The notes under the pieces are model-generated. The model was not told where the DNA came from. It saw nothing but the letters and a program-made list of their open reading frames with translations, and made no database searches. A stretch of DNA of 32,000 nt. Origin: Paraburkholderia acidipaludis NBRC 101816 (lineage in GTDB: Bacteria > Pseudomonadota > Gammaproteobacteria > Burkholderiales > Burkholderiaceae). The position numbers and the translations under genes are program-made. Each line of letters opens with the position of its first letter. Position 1 is the first letter of the stretch. Below, piece by piece: positions 11,575 through 20,358 of this stretch. The stretch spans positions 317,827-349,826 of the forward strand of contig NZ_BAXZ01000005.1 in assembly GCF_000684975.1 (NCBI RefSeq), given 5' to 3'.

Positions 11575-11723
11575 ATTAAAAACCCCTTTAAAATCAATGA
11601 GTTGCTGAGCTTTGATCTCAGGTCAGTATTGCACTAGACTGGTGCATACGATCTTTTGATTTTGCTCTGCGGCTTTTCTGTGCTTTCGATTCTCTGTTTG
11701 CGCTGTATGGGTTGCGGCTCTCT

Positions 11724-13007
11724 ATGCCAATACCAATAGAACAGCCAACGATTTCCCTTCTTCCATCCAAAGCAACCCGTACCGTGCCGATTCCAGGCAC
11801 GCTCGAATCCGTACCGGGCTATCCAGACAAGCTCAAGATTTACCGCATGGCAGCCAGCCCATTCTGGCAAGTGCGATTCTTCGACGGCCGCAAGACCATC
11901 AAGCGTAGCACCGGCGCAACAGACAAGCGCATTGCGCACCGGTTCGCCAAAGACCTCTACGAACAGATCCTCTACAGCAAATTCGGCGATGTCGATAACA
12001 CCGGCCGCAGCCGCTTCGGCGTCTGCGCAGCCGGCATGCTGGAAGCGCAAGCGGGCCGCGTGCTTCGCAAAGAGATTTCCGCGCAGTCGCATCAGAACGA
12101 CATCTACATGCTCAATAACCGCGTGCTTCCGTTCATGCGTGAGCTGGATGTCAGCGAAGTCACCTACGAAGTGCTTGAGCGGTTCGTTACCGCGCTATCC
12201 GATCTATCTGCGTCCGCAATACAGCGGCATCTCGGCATCGTTCGCAAAACGCTCGATTACGCAGCAAATCATCGATTGCTGACCGGCATTCCCAATTTCC
12301 CAAAAATCAAGAAGCGCGAAGAACCGCGCGGCTGGTTCACCGTCCGCGAATATCGCTGGCTGTGGTCGAAAGCTCGCTCCCTGCTTGGAACCAGACAGGT
12401 CATTGAACCGAAATCGGGCAAGGATGTGGACGTTCGGCGCGTCCAGTTCACGGATGATCTGCTCTACATGATCGCGTTTATGGTCAACGGCTTCATCCGC
12501 CCTACCGACCTGAAAACCATGCAGCACCGGCATGTCGAAATCATCCGAAACAGCCATACTTATCTGCGACTGACGCTGCCGGAAAGCAAAAAACACAACA
12601 AGCCGATCGTCACGTTACGGAGAGCCGTCGATGCTTATGAACGGCTGACGGCCATTCATCGTGCGGAAGGGCTGGCCGGACCGGCCGACTACGTTTTCCT
12701 GCCTCAGTTCAAGAATCGGGCGACCGCGCTGCGTCGACTCGAACAGCAGTTCAATTTCCTGCTCGATGCGCTCGACCTGAAAACCGGCCTGCGTGGCGAA
12801 AAGCGCACGATCTACAGCTTGCGGCATACGTCCATCATGTACCGACTGCTGTATGGCGACGGAATCGACATGCTGACGCTTGCCCGCAATGCCCGCACGT
12901 CTGTCGAAATGATTGAGCGTTTCTACGCCAGCGAGCTAGTCGGCGAAATGAACATCGGCGCGATCCAGTCGCAGCGTCGGCGCAAGACTCGATCCGAACT
13001 GCGCTGA
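11724..13007 (+). CDS. int: Tyrosine-type site-specific integrase (phage/P4-like)
   Basis: Track ORF 11712..13007 starts at a TTG; the first ATG is at 11724. Catalytic-domain signatures are IRPTDLKTM, YSLRHTSIMY (HxxR) and the terminal MIERFYAS Tyr. It is adjacent to attL. Confidence 0.88.
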   Translation: MPIPIEQPTISLLPSKATRTVPIPGTLESVPGYPDKLKIYRMAASPFWQVRFFDGRKTIKRSTGATDKRIAHRFAKDLYEQILYSKFGDVDNTGRSRFGVCAAGMLEAQAGRVLRKEISAQSHQNDIYMLNNRVLPFMRELDVSEVTYEVLERFVTALSDLSASAIQRHLGIVRKTLDYAANHRLLTGIPNFPKIKKREEPRGWFTVREYRWLWSKARSLLGTRQVIEPKSGKDVDVRRVQFTDDLLYMIAFMVNGFIRPTDLKTMQHRHVEIIRNSHTYLRLTLPESKKHNKPIVTLRRAVDAYERLTAIHRAEGLAGPADYVFLPQFKNRATALRRLEQQFNFLLDALDLKTGLRGEKRTIYSLRHTSIMYRLLYGDGIDMLTLARNARTSVEMIERFYASELVGEMNIGAIQSQRRRKTRSELR

Positions 13008-13184
13008 CCGCATAAAATTGTCGTGGCAACAGACGTTCCCCCTGCGGTTGGCCAAACGAGCCGCCATGCGTTTTGCTGGCCCGCTCGATACTTGTGCTGC
13101 CTCACGCTCAAGCAGCAAGCCAAAACGCCGTTAAATTAACGTGGCGGCACAACACTAGTCTTTCTGCGACGTTTTTCCGTACCC

Positions 13185-13847
13185 ATGACTGACATCGTAC
13201 TCACTCGCAAATTCGGCGAGCCTTTCCCGATCTTTGATTCGATCAGTGCGGCGTCTGACGCGATCACCAAGGCCGCATTTCGGCTCTATGTTGTGATAAA
13301 CCCAGACCACTCAGCAGACGACTTCTTAAGGGAAGTCCTCATGCCCATAGCGCAGTCATCGGCCGAAAGCCCGACGCAAATCGAAGTTCGGGTGTTCAAG
13401 AATCACTCCGAGCAATCGTTCGTCATTTACATGCGAGCAATCTGCCACGCGTGCGCCTACGTACAGGAAGCACGAAACGCGCACAATGAAGGCCGGGAAA
13501 GCGAAGGGTGGTCTCATATCGCCAATGCACACTACCTGCTGGGTTATGCGGAAGGCATATTTGCCCTGGAACCGGCGCTAGTCCGCACTATCTCCGCCCG
13601 AGCAAGGAAAAATTCATCCGAAGGCGATGAAAAGCGATATGGGCCGCTCCGGAAACTGGCTCGGGAACTTGCCGCCGCTGGCAACTACAAGAGCAAACGC
13701 AACGCCGCGCTGTCGATCAAGGATCGGGTCATTGCCGAATCACGCAAGACGGGCGTCAACATGTCCGAAGCGCAGGCAGAAAAAACCATCACGGCATGGC
13801 TTGAGGGGATGACGTTTGCTCGCAAACAGGGAACTTCTGCGGGCTGA
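13185..13847 (+). CDS. Hypothetical protein (no motif recognised)
   Basis: 220-aa ORF with normal amino-acid composition and no competing ORF. Helical-looking C-terminus. Confidence 0.55.
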   Translation: MTDIVLTRKFGEPFPIFDSISAASDAITKAAFRLYVVINPDHSADDFLREVLMPIAQSSAESPTQIEVRVFKNHSEQSFVIYMRAICHACAYVQEARNAHNEGRESEGWSHIANAHYLLGYAEGIFALEPALVRTISARARKNSSEGDEKRYGPLRKLARELAAAGNYKSKRNAALSIKDRVIAESRKTGVNMSEAQAEKTITAWLEGMTFARKQGTSAG

Positions 13848-13955
13848 CGCAGTATGTCAGCGGGCGAGCAATCTATTTTTAAATCCCGCTCCGAAATAAA
13901 GTTCGTTTCGTCGATTAGCTAATCGACGATTCCGAAACCTTATAAGGAGTATGTC

Positions 13956-14816
13956 ATGGAAAATATCAACGCAACCGAAACCAACACGCAGGAACTCGAT
14001 ACGAGCGCCGCAAAAGAATTTCCGATTGAGAAGTCCAAGCTCAAAAAGGCTCTCGAGAAAAATAAGCAATCGGTTGGCTTCGAATTCAGCTCGAACAAGC
14101 TGGAGTCACACGATGAAAATGTGGTAATCCCTCTTCTCAAAGCAGAGCTGGACGATCTCAAGAAGCGCGGCGAGTCGATTAGAAAAAAGATCGACGGATT
14201 TCACGGAAAAATTCAGCAATCTGCAATTGACGAGCTTGCGAAATGTCTTGGGATTCGTCAGAAATTTTTCAAAATCGACAGCATCTTGCTTCAAGACAAA
14301 ATCTACGCCACCCTGTATGAGAAAGCAATGAACGAGCCGTTCAAAAAAAAGCGAAAGAATACGACAGAATACCATTTGATTTCGCGAATTTACCGCGGAG
14401 AAGAGCGGCGACAAGCGTCCTCCGATGCACTCATCCTCCAGCGCGCCAACGACGCAGGCCAGACGGAACAGACATTTGCGGCATGGGTGCTTGCAGAGAA
14501 AGGACTTGATGAAATTCGTCGTGCCATCTCCGCAGAGCGCAAGGTTGCAAATTCCAGCAATGGTAAGTTAAAAAAGAAAATCAGCAAGAATGTTGGAACC
14601 GATCGATTTATCAAGCTATTCAATGATCTAAACCACTCTGGACATGTTCGAGATATGACAGTTCTCGAAAAGGATGAGATGCACACCTTGTTTGGAAGTT
14701 GGCTTATTTGGGAGCCTGAAAATTCCGTACCTATCGTTGTGTACCCTCGGAAAGACGGGAAATTCCAGATTCGCAAACTTGATCTTAATGCGATGCGAAC
14801 CAACAATCCTTCTTAA
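13956..14816 (+). CDS. Hypothetical protein, Lys/Glu-rich, AT-rich gene
   Basis: 286-aa ORF preceded by a strong RBS (taAGGAGtatgtcATG). Predicted coiled-coil-like N-terminus. It is the most AT-rich stretch of the window. Confidence 0.65.
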   Translation: MENINATETNTQELDTSAAKEFPIEKSKLKKALEKNKQSVGFEFSSNKLESHDENVVIPLLKAELDDLKKRGESIRKKIDGFHGKIQQSAIDELAKCLGIRQKFFKIDSILLQDKIYATLYEKAMNEPFKKKRKNTTEYHLISRIYRGEERRQASSDALILQRANDAGQTEQTFAAWVLAEKGLDEIRRAISAERKVANSSNGKLKKKISKNVGTDRFIKLFNDLNHSGHVRDMTVLEKDEMHTLFGSWLIWEPENSVPIVVYPRKDGKFQIRKLDLNAMRTNNPS

Positions 14817-14941
14817 AATTGTCTGTTGACGCGACGTTTTTGTCAAAATGTTTCTTGATGGCCCAGTAGCCCTTCGCTACCCTCTTTTACATCGGCATTG
14901 CACTTGATGCCGTTCCGATATTAAGCGTAGCAAGGGGTTAA

Positions 14942-15376
14942 ATGTTCGCGATCACGCGTTTTCATAATTTCATGTCGCTGTATCAAGGGCGGTACGCTAC
15001 CGCCCTTGCAAAATCGCTCGGTACGTCGGTGTTCGCGGCGAAAGCGCTCGATATCGCACTGTCCACCGGCGAAATCTCCCTTGATAAACTGCATCTGCTG
15101 CTCGGTTGCAGTCGGGGACAGGCAATCGGTGCTGCGTTCGACTTGCAGGAACAGGGGCTAGCCCGAGTCATCGAATCGACAAAAAGCCGCAACGGAGAAT
15201 ACTTCCTAGTGGCCGTCGATGCACGGTGCGAAGCTGCCCGACTGTACCGCGCCAAGCTGGAACGACTCGGCCGTGATATCGGCCTGTCCGATGCTCTGGA
15301 AAAGACGCTTCCGGCCCTGCAGGCGATCTTCATGGACGCCCTATCCGCGATGGTAGCGAAGCCACCCAAACGGTAG
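14942..15376 (+). CDS. Winged-helix (MarR-like) domain protein, paralogue A
   Basis: 144 aa. Shares RFHxFMSxY...AAxAL...LxxLLGxSxGQxIGAxFDLQ with the convergent ORF 15410..15889. Confidence 0.6.
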   Translation: MFAITRFHNFMSLYQGRYATALAKSLGTSVFAAKALDIALSTGEISLDKLHLLLGCSRGQAIGAAFDLQEQGLARVIESTKSRNGEYFLVAVDARCEAARLYRAKLERLGRDIGLSDALEKTLPALQAIFMDALSAMVAKPPKR

Positions 15377-15409
15377 CGTTGTCAATTATTCAATGGTGCT
15401 CGGCACGGC

Positions 15410-15889
15410 TCACACGACCCGCGCCAATATCCGCCGCTGGGCCTGATACTGGACGTTCTGCGCATCGCCTTGCAGTTCCTCAAGCGCTTTCGTCAGCACG
15501 TCCTGATACACAGGTAGCAGGGTTGCCAACCGCTCGGTAACTCCGGCTTCCGCGGCCAGATTGAATACCAGTTTGTCATATCCCTCGAATCCGAACAGTC
15601 GCTCCCGGCTCGGCTTCAACACCCGTTGTCGATTGTCGTTACCCTCCTCCGCTATCTCGATGTAGCGGAGATGTTGCAGGTCAAATACGGCGCCAATGAT
15701 TTGGCCCTGACTTCCGCCAAGGATGCAGCTCAACTCGTGAAGGGTCATGCCGGGAAATGTCCGGATCAGGCCCAAGGCTCGCGCGGCCATCGGCGTCATC
15801 TGCAATGCTTGGCCGAGCGCCGATGCGCGGCAGCTCTCGTAGACCGACATGAACGTATGGAATCGGAAAAGTGAATCACTCGTAGTCAT
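15410..15889 (-). CDS. Winged-helix (MarR-like) domain protein, paralogue B
   Basis: 159 aa. About 30% identical by eye to 14942..15376 over the N-terminal ~90 residues. Confidence 0.6.
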   Translation of the reverse strand: MTTSDSLFRFHTFMSVYESCRASALGQALQMTPMAARALGLIRTFPGMTLHELSCILGGSQGQIIGAVFDLQHLRYIEIAEEGNDNRQRVLKPSRERLFGFEGYDKLVFNLAAEAGVTERLATLLPVYQDVLTKALEELQGDAQNVQYQAQRRILARVV

Positions 15890-15965
15890 AGGCTATTGAT
15901 TTTTCGAAATAAAATCCGCCGAGCGGCTTTCACCTGTGCCCCGACCACTCACGCAATCCCTGTAC

Positions 15966-16035
15966 GATACGAAAACACCCTCAAAAATTCAACCGTTTTG
16001 GAATTAAATATTCCTATTAGGGTGTTCATCGTATC
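15966..16035. promoter_or_regulatory. Imperfect inverted repeat in a divergent promoter region (candidate operator)
   Basis: gatacgaaaacaccct (15966..15981) pairs with agggtgttcatcgtatc (16019..16035). It lies between divergent genes 15410..15889(-) and 16062..16460(+). Confidence 0.4.
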
Positions 16036-16061
16036 TGGAATGAAGTCGACCATATCGTCCT

Positions 16062-16460
16062 ATGAGCACTCGTTCCGCCCCCACAACCGACGACGCACAC
16101 GACGCGCTGCTAGCTGCCCGCGTCGGGACCGCCATTGCTGAACAACGACGTGCACGCGGACTGACCCAAGCCAAGCTTGCAGAAATGATCGATCTGGAAC
16201 AGGAAGCGGTCAGTCGCTGGGAACGTGGAACGCGTGTACCGACGTTACATCGCCTTCAACAACTAAGCGATGCGCTGGACTGCTCGGTAGACCAGCTATT
16301 GCAGCGTGGTTCGAAGCGGCCGGACGACCAGATGGCCATGATCGCCGACGCGCTAGAGGGACTGGGCGCCGACGAACGTTTGCTCGTCGTGAATTTCGTC
16401 CAGCAGTTCGCCGACATGCTCAAGGTGAAGCACCGCACCAAGAATAATCGACGTAAGTAG
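16062..16460 (+). CDS. XRE/Cro-CI family helix-turn-helix transcriptional regulator
   Basis: 132 aa with the classic HTH_3 segment QRRARGLTQAKLAEMIDLEQEAVSRWERGTRVPTLHRLQQLSDALDCSVDQLL. Confidence 0.85.
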   Translation: MSTRSAPTTDDAHDALLAARVGTAIAEQRRARGLTQAKLAEMIDLEQEAVSRWERGTRVPTLHRLQQLSDALDCSVDQLLQRGSKRPDDQMAMIADALEGLGADERLLVVNFVQQFADMLKVKHRTKNNRRK

Positions 16461-16816
16461 GAGTCGGACCGGATGCGAAAACAATCAGGGGCCGGCGCCC
16501 AACCTCGCACCGTAGCAAGGAACCGAGTTCCGGCCATGAAGCGTCGTTCGTATGCGTTATCGCACGACCTTTCAAGCGTCTGCTCTGCACTTGCACCGGC
16601 CCCTTGTTCGGAGGCTGACCGGTGCACATCTGGCGAAGTGTTTGCCGTGGGCTGCCCTGAAACCGATCTCTACGTTTAACGCGGGCGCTCACTGGGGCGT
16701 GCGCTATTTCGCGGCCGGCAGGTTTCTGCCAAAACGCAGCCGCGAGTGAAATCGCGGTGGGCGTACCACGTCAGCCGCCTCGCCGCTAGGTGCCAAGGGC
16801 GAGTCCGCTGACACAC

Positions 16817-19708
16817 TTAACCGAGATACATAATGGCCGTCGCGCGTCGCGAGCGACGGCCATTTGTGTCAGCCTCATGCTTGATGGCCAGTCGTGTACC
16901 AGCTCCAATATGTGTCCACCGGTGTGTGTTCCGGTTCTCGAAGGCGGATGAATGCAGGAAATACGACTGGCCATCGTCGTCCTTTGCGAACACATAACTT
17001 GGAAACCCATCGGCAGCGGGCACGTTGCTGACGCAAACAAGCGTATAGCCCTCATCCTTGAGCGTTTCGGTCACCCCTTGGAGCGACTCTCCGACGGCTG
17101 GCGCGATCTCGGCGATACCGATTTTCGGCGGCAGCGCGATACCCAACGTTCCCGCGACCAGTCGAAGGTCCGATTCGTCAGCACCGGCGCGTTGCAGTTC
17201 GGGCAAATAGTCATCAATAAGGCGGTGGATTGAGTCAGCCTGTGGGTCAGAAGGCCTTCCGAGGTCGGGCTTGCGGAGATAGAAAGCGATATCGCCGCAC
17301 AGTTTTCGTAGCTCGTGCGCAAGTGTGCGGGACATGCCGTATCGCTTTAGCAAGAACGCTGCCGCGTCAATGCCATGGCCAATTAGCTTCCATACACGAC
17401 CGTGCCCAGCAACACCTCGCCGGAATTCAAGATCAGCCTGTCGGCGATATGCCGACACACGTGCTGCACCGTGTGTCGCCATTAATGGTCCAGACACCTT
17501 CCAATCCTGGGTCAGCGAGTAAACGGTTCCCAGCTTTTCCTGGAAGTTTAGTGCGGACAGATAGATGCTCCACAGCCGCAGGACGGCATGCTCCGCATCT
17601 TCTGACACATTACCCCATCCTGCGTCGATTAGCTCCTGACATAGGGTCTCCGCCTCATCGTGGTTGTTTGCACGCATTGCCAGTGCAGCAAGCATGAGCT
17701 TGGCAGCAGGATCGGCACTATCCTGCTGGATTGCAAACCGCAATGCAGACTCTGCGTCCCTCGGATCATTCAACCTCAAGAGCAACTTGGCCTGCAAGCG
17801 ATACAGAAATGCGGAACCGCCTTGGTTGTCGATCTGCTGCCGCACGCGCGTCAGAAGCGGTGCGCATGGCAAAGGGCTCTCGGCAGCGCATGCGCCTGCG
17901 ACCTGTCTCGAAAGCGCAATCGCCGAGGCCGGTGTACCTTCAGGGATGAAAAATGGATCGAGCGGTGAAAGCCCGCGCTCGGCCTGCAATTTGAGCGCGG
18001 AGGCGACGGCTGCCTCGCTCTTTCGCTGCCAATCAAGCAGCGAGGCCCGCACTTTGAGATTTCTGGGTTGCACACGCAACAACTCCCGGATTGACGTGCC
18101 CAACGCATAAACCTCGCCCGCATCTGTTGTTTCCCGCGTAATCAGGGAAGTCTTACCAAGGCTGGCGATTGCCGCTGAAATAGTGTCGACGTCCAAGTTC
18201 AACGCTTCGCAGAGGCGACCTCGGGACGGCTGCTCCAGTACGAATAGCGCTTCAAGTACTTCGTTTGCTGCCGGGGATAGAGTTTCGAGCAAATTCGAAA
18301 AGGAAAACTCTGTAACATCGACCTGTGACGATTCCAAGCTCTCGTTGATGTCTCGGCCTGCGACGTAGTAGTCCACCGTTAGGCGTATCGCCAGTGGGTT
18401 GCTGTGGCAGGTATCGATGATGCGCTGGAGTGTCACAGCGTCGAGGGGCGCCGTGCCTTTCGCTGCTAGGTAGGCACGCGCAAGCGCCATCGCTCCGCCA
18501 TCATCGAGGGATGGCAATGGGATGTTTTTCGCCCCGTCGAGCGGCACCCGACTTGTGACGATCACCTTCCAGTTTTGCGGCAACTCATCCATGAGGCCGT
18601 CAAAGACGAGCGGCTCATCGCGCAGCAGAGTTTCGAGGTTGTCAACAAATAGCCATATCCGTCTGTCGTCGCAAGCCCTCAGCGCGGCAGGAAAGTCGGG
18701 CCAGTCCCAACCGAACATGGCGTTCAAAGAGGCGGTGAGATGGTCACGGACGCCTGCAATCGTCTGCGGCGCGTTGAGCGTCTCGATGCCACGCTCGGTC
18801 AGCTTTTCCTGTTTGAGCGAGATAAAGAGTACGCCATCGGTTAGCTGCGGCGCCTCCGGCGAAACGCAAAAATCGGCTAGGACCTGCAGTGCTAAACTCG
18901 TCTTCCCGATACCGCCTCTCGCTACAATCGAGACAAGAGGTGACCGAGCATTCCGCAGTTCCTTTTGAAATCTTGCGACATCCCGATTGCGCCCGATCAA
19001 GCCCGTGGACGAGTGTTCGAACTCGGTGGGCAAATTCGTGGGAACACACCATCGCGGCTGGTTCAACCATTCATCGGGCGGCTCCTTGAGGTCGCCGGCG
19101 ATCGCGCTTGCCAGCGCCGCCGAGACATCATACAGGTGCAGCGAGTCAATCGCGGGGTCACTGGCTAAAGCGCAGCAGCGGTACCAGTAGCAATGCGGGA
19201 ACGGCCTGTTGGGATGGCTGACCGCATTGCGGATGTCGAACACCTCAAGAGCATTGCAAAGCGCCATCAGTCGCTTAGCGTGTGCGGCCTCCGACGAGCC
19301 CTCCGCTACTTCGAGCGCAAGCTGCAGAACTTCTGCAAAGTAGCTGTTCTCGATAATTATCGAACACGTCTCCTGCAGATCGCCGACGATCGAGCGACCT
19401 ATTCTGCTCAGTATTTCCCTCCCTACCGGGCCGGTGGAGATGTTCGTGTTTGATTCGAGAATATAGCGGCCGAGACTACGTTCGAATTCGTATATCACCA
19501 TCGCGCATTGAATGCGTAACTGACCGTCGCCGTTCAATTTGATCCCCCGCAGTCCCGTTTCTGGTCCGTTTGCACGGACGCGATTTACATGCCACCAGAA
19601 CGCCATTATAAGGTCAGTACACCGGGTCATCGCCCTGTGAAACAACTGGCCCATTCGCACCGGCATGTAGGCGGCGCAGCCTATCTGCGCAACGAGATCT
19701 CGCGACAT
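16817..19708 (-). CDS. STAND-class NB-ARC NTPase with an N-terminal HEPN-like domain, TPR-like repeats and a possible CSD-like C-terminal domain
   Basis: 963 aa. NB-ARC motifs are the P-loop VARGGIGKTSLA, Walker B RIWLFVDNLE, VIVTSR, and the GxP motif SNPLAIRL followed by a winged-helix-like region. The N-terminal ~230 aa contain FDIRNAVSHP (Rx4H). Residues ~620-760 are TPR-like helical repeats. The last ~80 aa (YVFAKDDDGQSYFLHSSAF...GTRLAIKHE) resemble a cold-shock/OB pattern. Confidence 0.8.
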   Translation of the reverse strand: MSRDLVAQIGCAAYMPVRMGQLFHRAMTRCTDLIMAFWWHVNRVRANGPETGLRGIKLNGDGQLRIQCAMVIYEFERSLGRYILESNTNISTGPVGREILSRIGRSIVGDLQETCSIIIENSYFAEVLQLALEVAEGSSEAAHAKRLMALCNALEVFDIRNAVSHPNRPFPHCYWYRCCALASDPAIDSLHLYDVSAALASAIAGDLKEPPDEWLNQPRWCVPTNLPTEFEHSSTGLIGRNRDVARFQKELRNARSPLVSIVARGGIGKTSLALQVLADFCVSPEAPQLTDGVLFISLKQEKLTERGIETLNAPQTIAGVRDHLTASLNAMFGWDWPDFPAALRACDDRRIWLFVDNLETLLRDEPLVFDGLMDELPQNWKVIVTSRVPLDGAKNIPLPSLDDGGAMALARAYLAAKGTAPLDAVTLQRIIDTCHSNPLAIRLTVDYYVAGRDINESLESSQVDVTEFSFSNLLETLSPAANEVLEALFVLEQPSRGRLCEALNLDVDTISAAIASLGKTSLITRETTDAGEVYALGTSIRELLRVQPRNLKVRASLLDWQRKSEAAVASALKLQAERGLSPLDPFFIPEGTPASAIALSRQVAGACAAESPLPCAPLLTRVRQQIDNQGGSAFLYRLQAKLLLRLNDPRDAESALRFAIQQDSADPAAKLMLAALAMRANNHDEAETLCQELIDAGWGNVSEDAEHAVLRLWSIYLSALNFQEKLGTVYSLTQDWKVSGPLMATHGAARVSAYRRQADLEFRRGVAGHGRVWKLIGHGIDAAAFLLKRYGMSRTLAHELRKLCGDIAFYLRKPDLGRPSDPQADSIHRLIDDYLPELQRAGADESDLRLVAGTLGIALPPKIGIAEIAPAVGESLQGVTETLKDEGYTLVCVSNVPAADGFPSYVFAKDDDGQSYFLHSSAFENRNTHRWTHIGAGTRLAIKHEADTNGRRSRRATAIMYLG

Positions 19709-19910
19709 TTGCGACCGGCTGCAAGTATCTTGTGGTCGAGGTTACGGCGGATCCGTGGGAGTGGGAGAGAGCCGACGATCTGCCAGCGATGGAAACACAC
19801 GTGATCGACCGCTGTACCTTTGAAGGGGACATAGCGCGTTACCAGAAACGCGTGGCGGAAGAGGGTCGCACTGTGCCGAAGAGTTGCCTGCAGGAATTTG
19901 CCTCCCCCTT

Positions 19911-20105
19911 TTACGGCACGAGTTTCATCGTGCCGTGACTACCGCAACGCAAGCAACCGTCGTTGCCGCTCCAATTGCGGTTCGTACAGCGATGATCGCG
20001 GCATCCGACAGCGCCGCATTTGGTGCACCGATAGATATTGGCCGAGTGTTGCCCTGCCTGATTGGGAATGCGACCTGCGCAGCTTGCCATGTGTGATTTC
20101 TCCAT
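19911..20105 (-). CDS. Cys/His-rich miniprotein (zinc-ribbon-like)
   Basis: 64-aa ORF. The better start is the ATG at 20090, preceded by GGAGAA, giving 59 aa. Pattern is CxxC...Cx2HxC...CxxCxxH, with 7 Cys and 4 His. It begins 8 nt after the stop of the upstream ORF on the same strand. Confidence 0.5.
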   Translation of the reverse strand: MEKSHMASCAGRIPNQAGQHSANIYRCTKCGAVGCRDHRCTNRNWSGNDGCLRCGSHGTMKLVP

Positions 20106-20112
20106 CAGTTGA

Positions 20113-20358
20113 TTAAACGCCTGCTATTCTGAACAGGTCTCCTTTATCCGACGGCGCAAACCTCGCTAGACCAATGCGCCGATTGAATAGCTGGACTGCT
20201 TTCTCGAAATACTGCTGATCGGTCAGCCTGTGCATGTCCTGTCCGAGCGACCAACCGTTGCCGAGTACGTGCGTTAGTTCCGGCCTGCTCTCATGCCTGA
20301 ACGCGAGCGCAAACCGGCGACGTGCTTCTATCTGAGCAGGATTAGCGCGGCTCATCAC
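20113..20358 (-). CDS. Hypothetical 81-aa protein, translationally coupled to the small recombinase
   Basis: Its start (GTG 20358 or ATG 20355) overlaps the recombinase stop codon (20355..20357). No motif recognised. Confidence 0.5.
   Translation of the reverse strand: MMSRANPAQIEARRRFALAFRHESRPELTHVLGNGWSLGQDMHRLTDQQYFEKAVQLFNRRIGLARFAPSDKGDLFRIAGV

Noticed and set aside
19732-19938. 68-aa + strand ORF in the gap between the Cys-rich miniprotein gene and the STAND gene
   Set aside because: The composition is protein-like. However, it has a GTG start without an RBS, overlaps the 3' end of the minus-strand miniprotein gene, and carries no motif. It cannot be supported, though it might be a small divergent gene.
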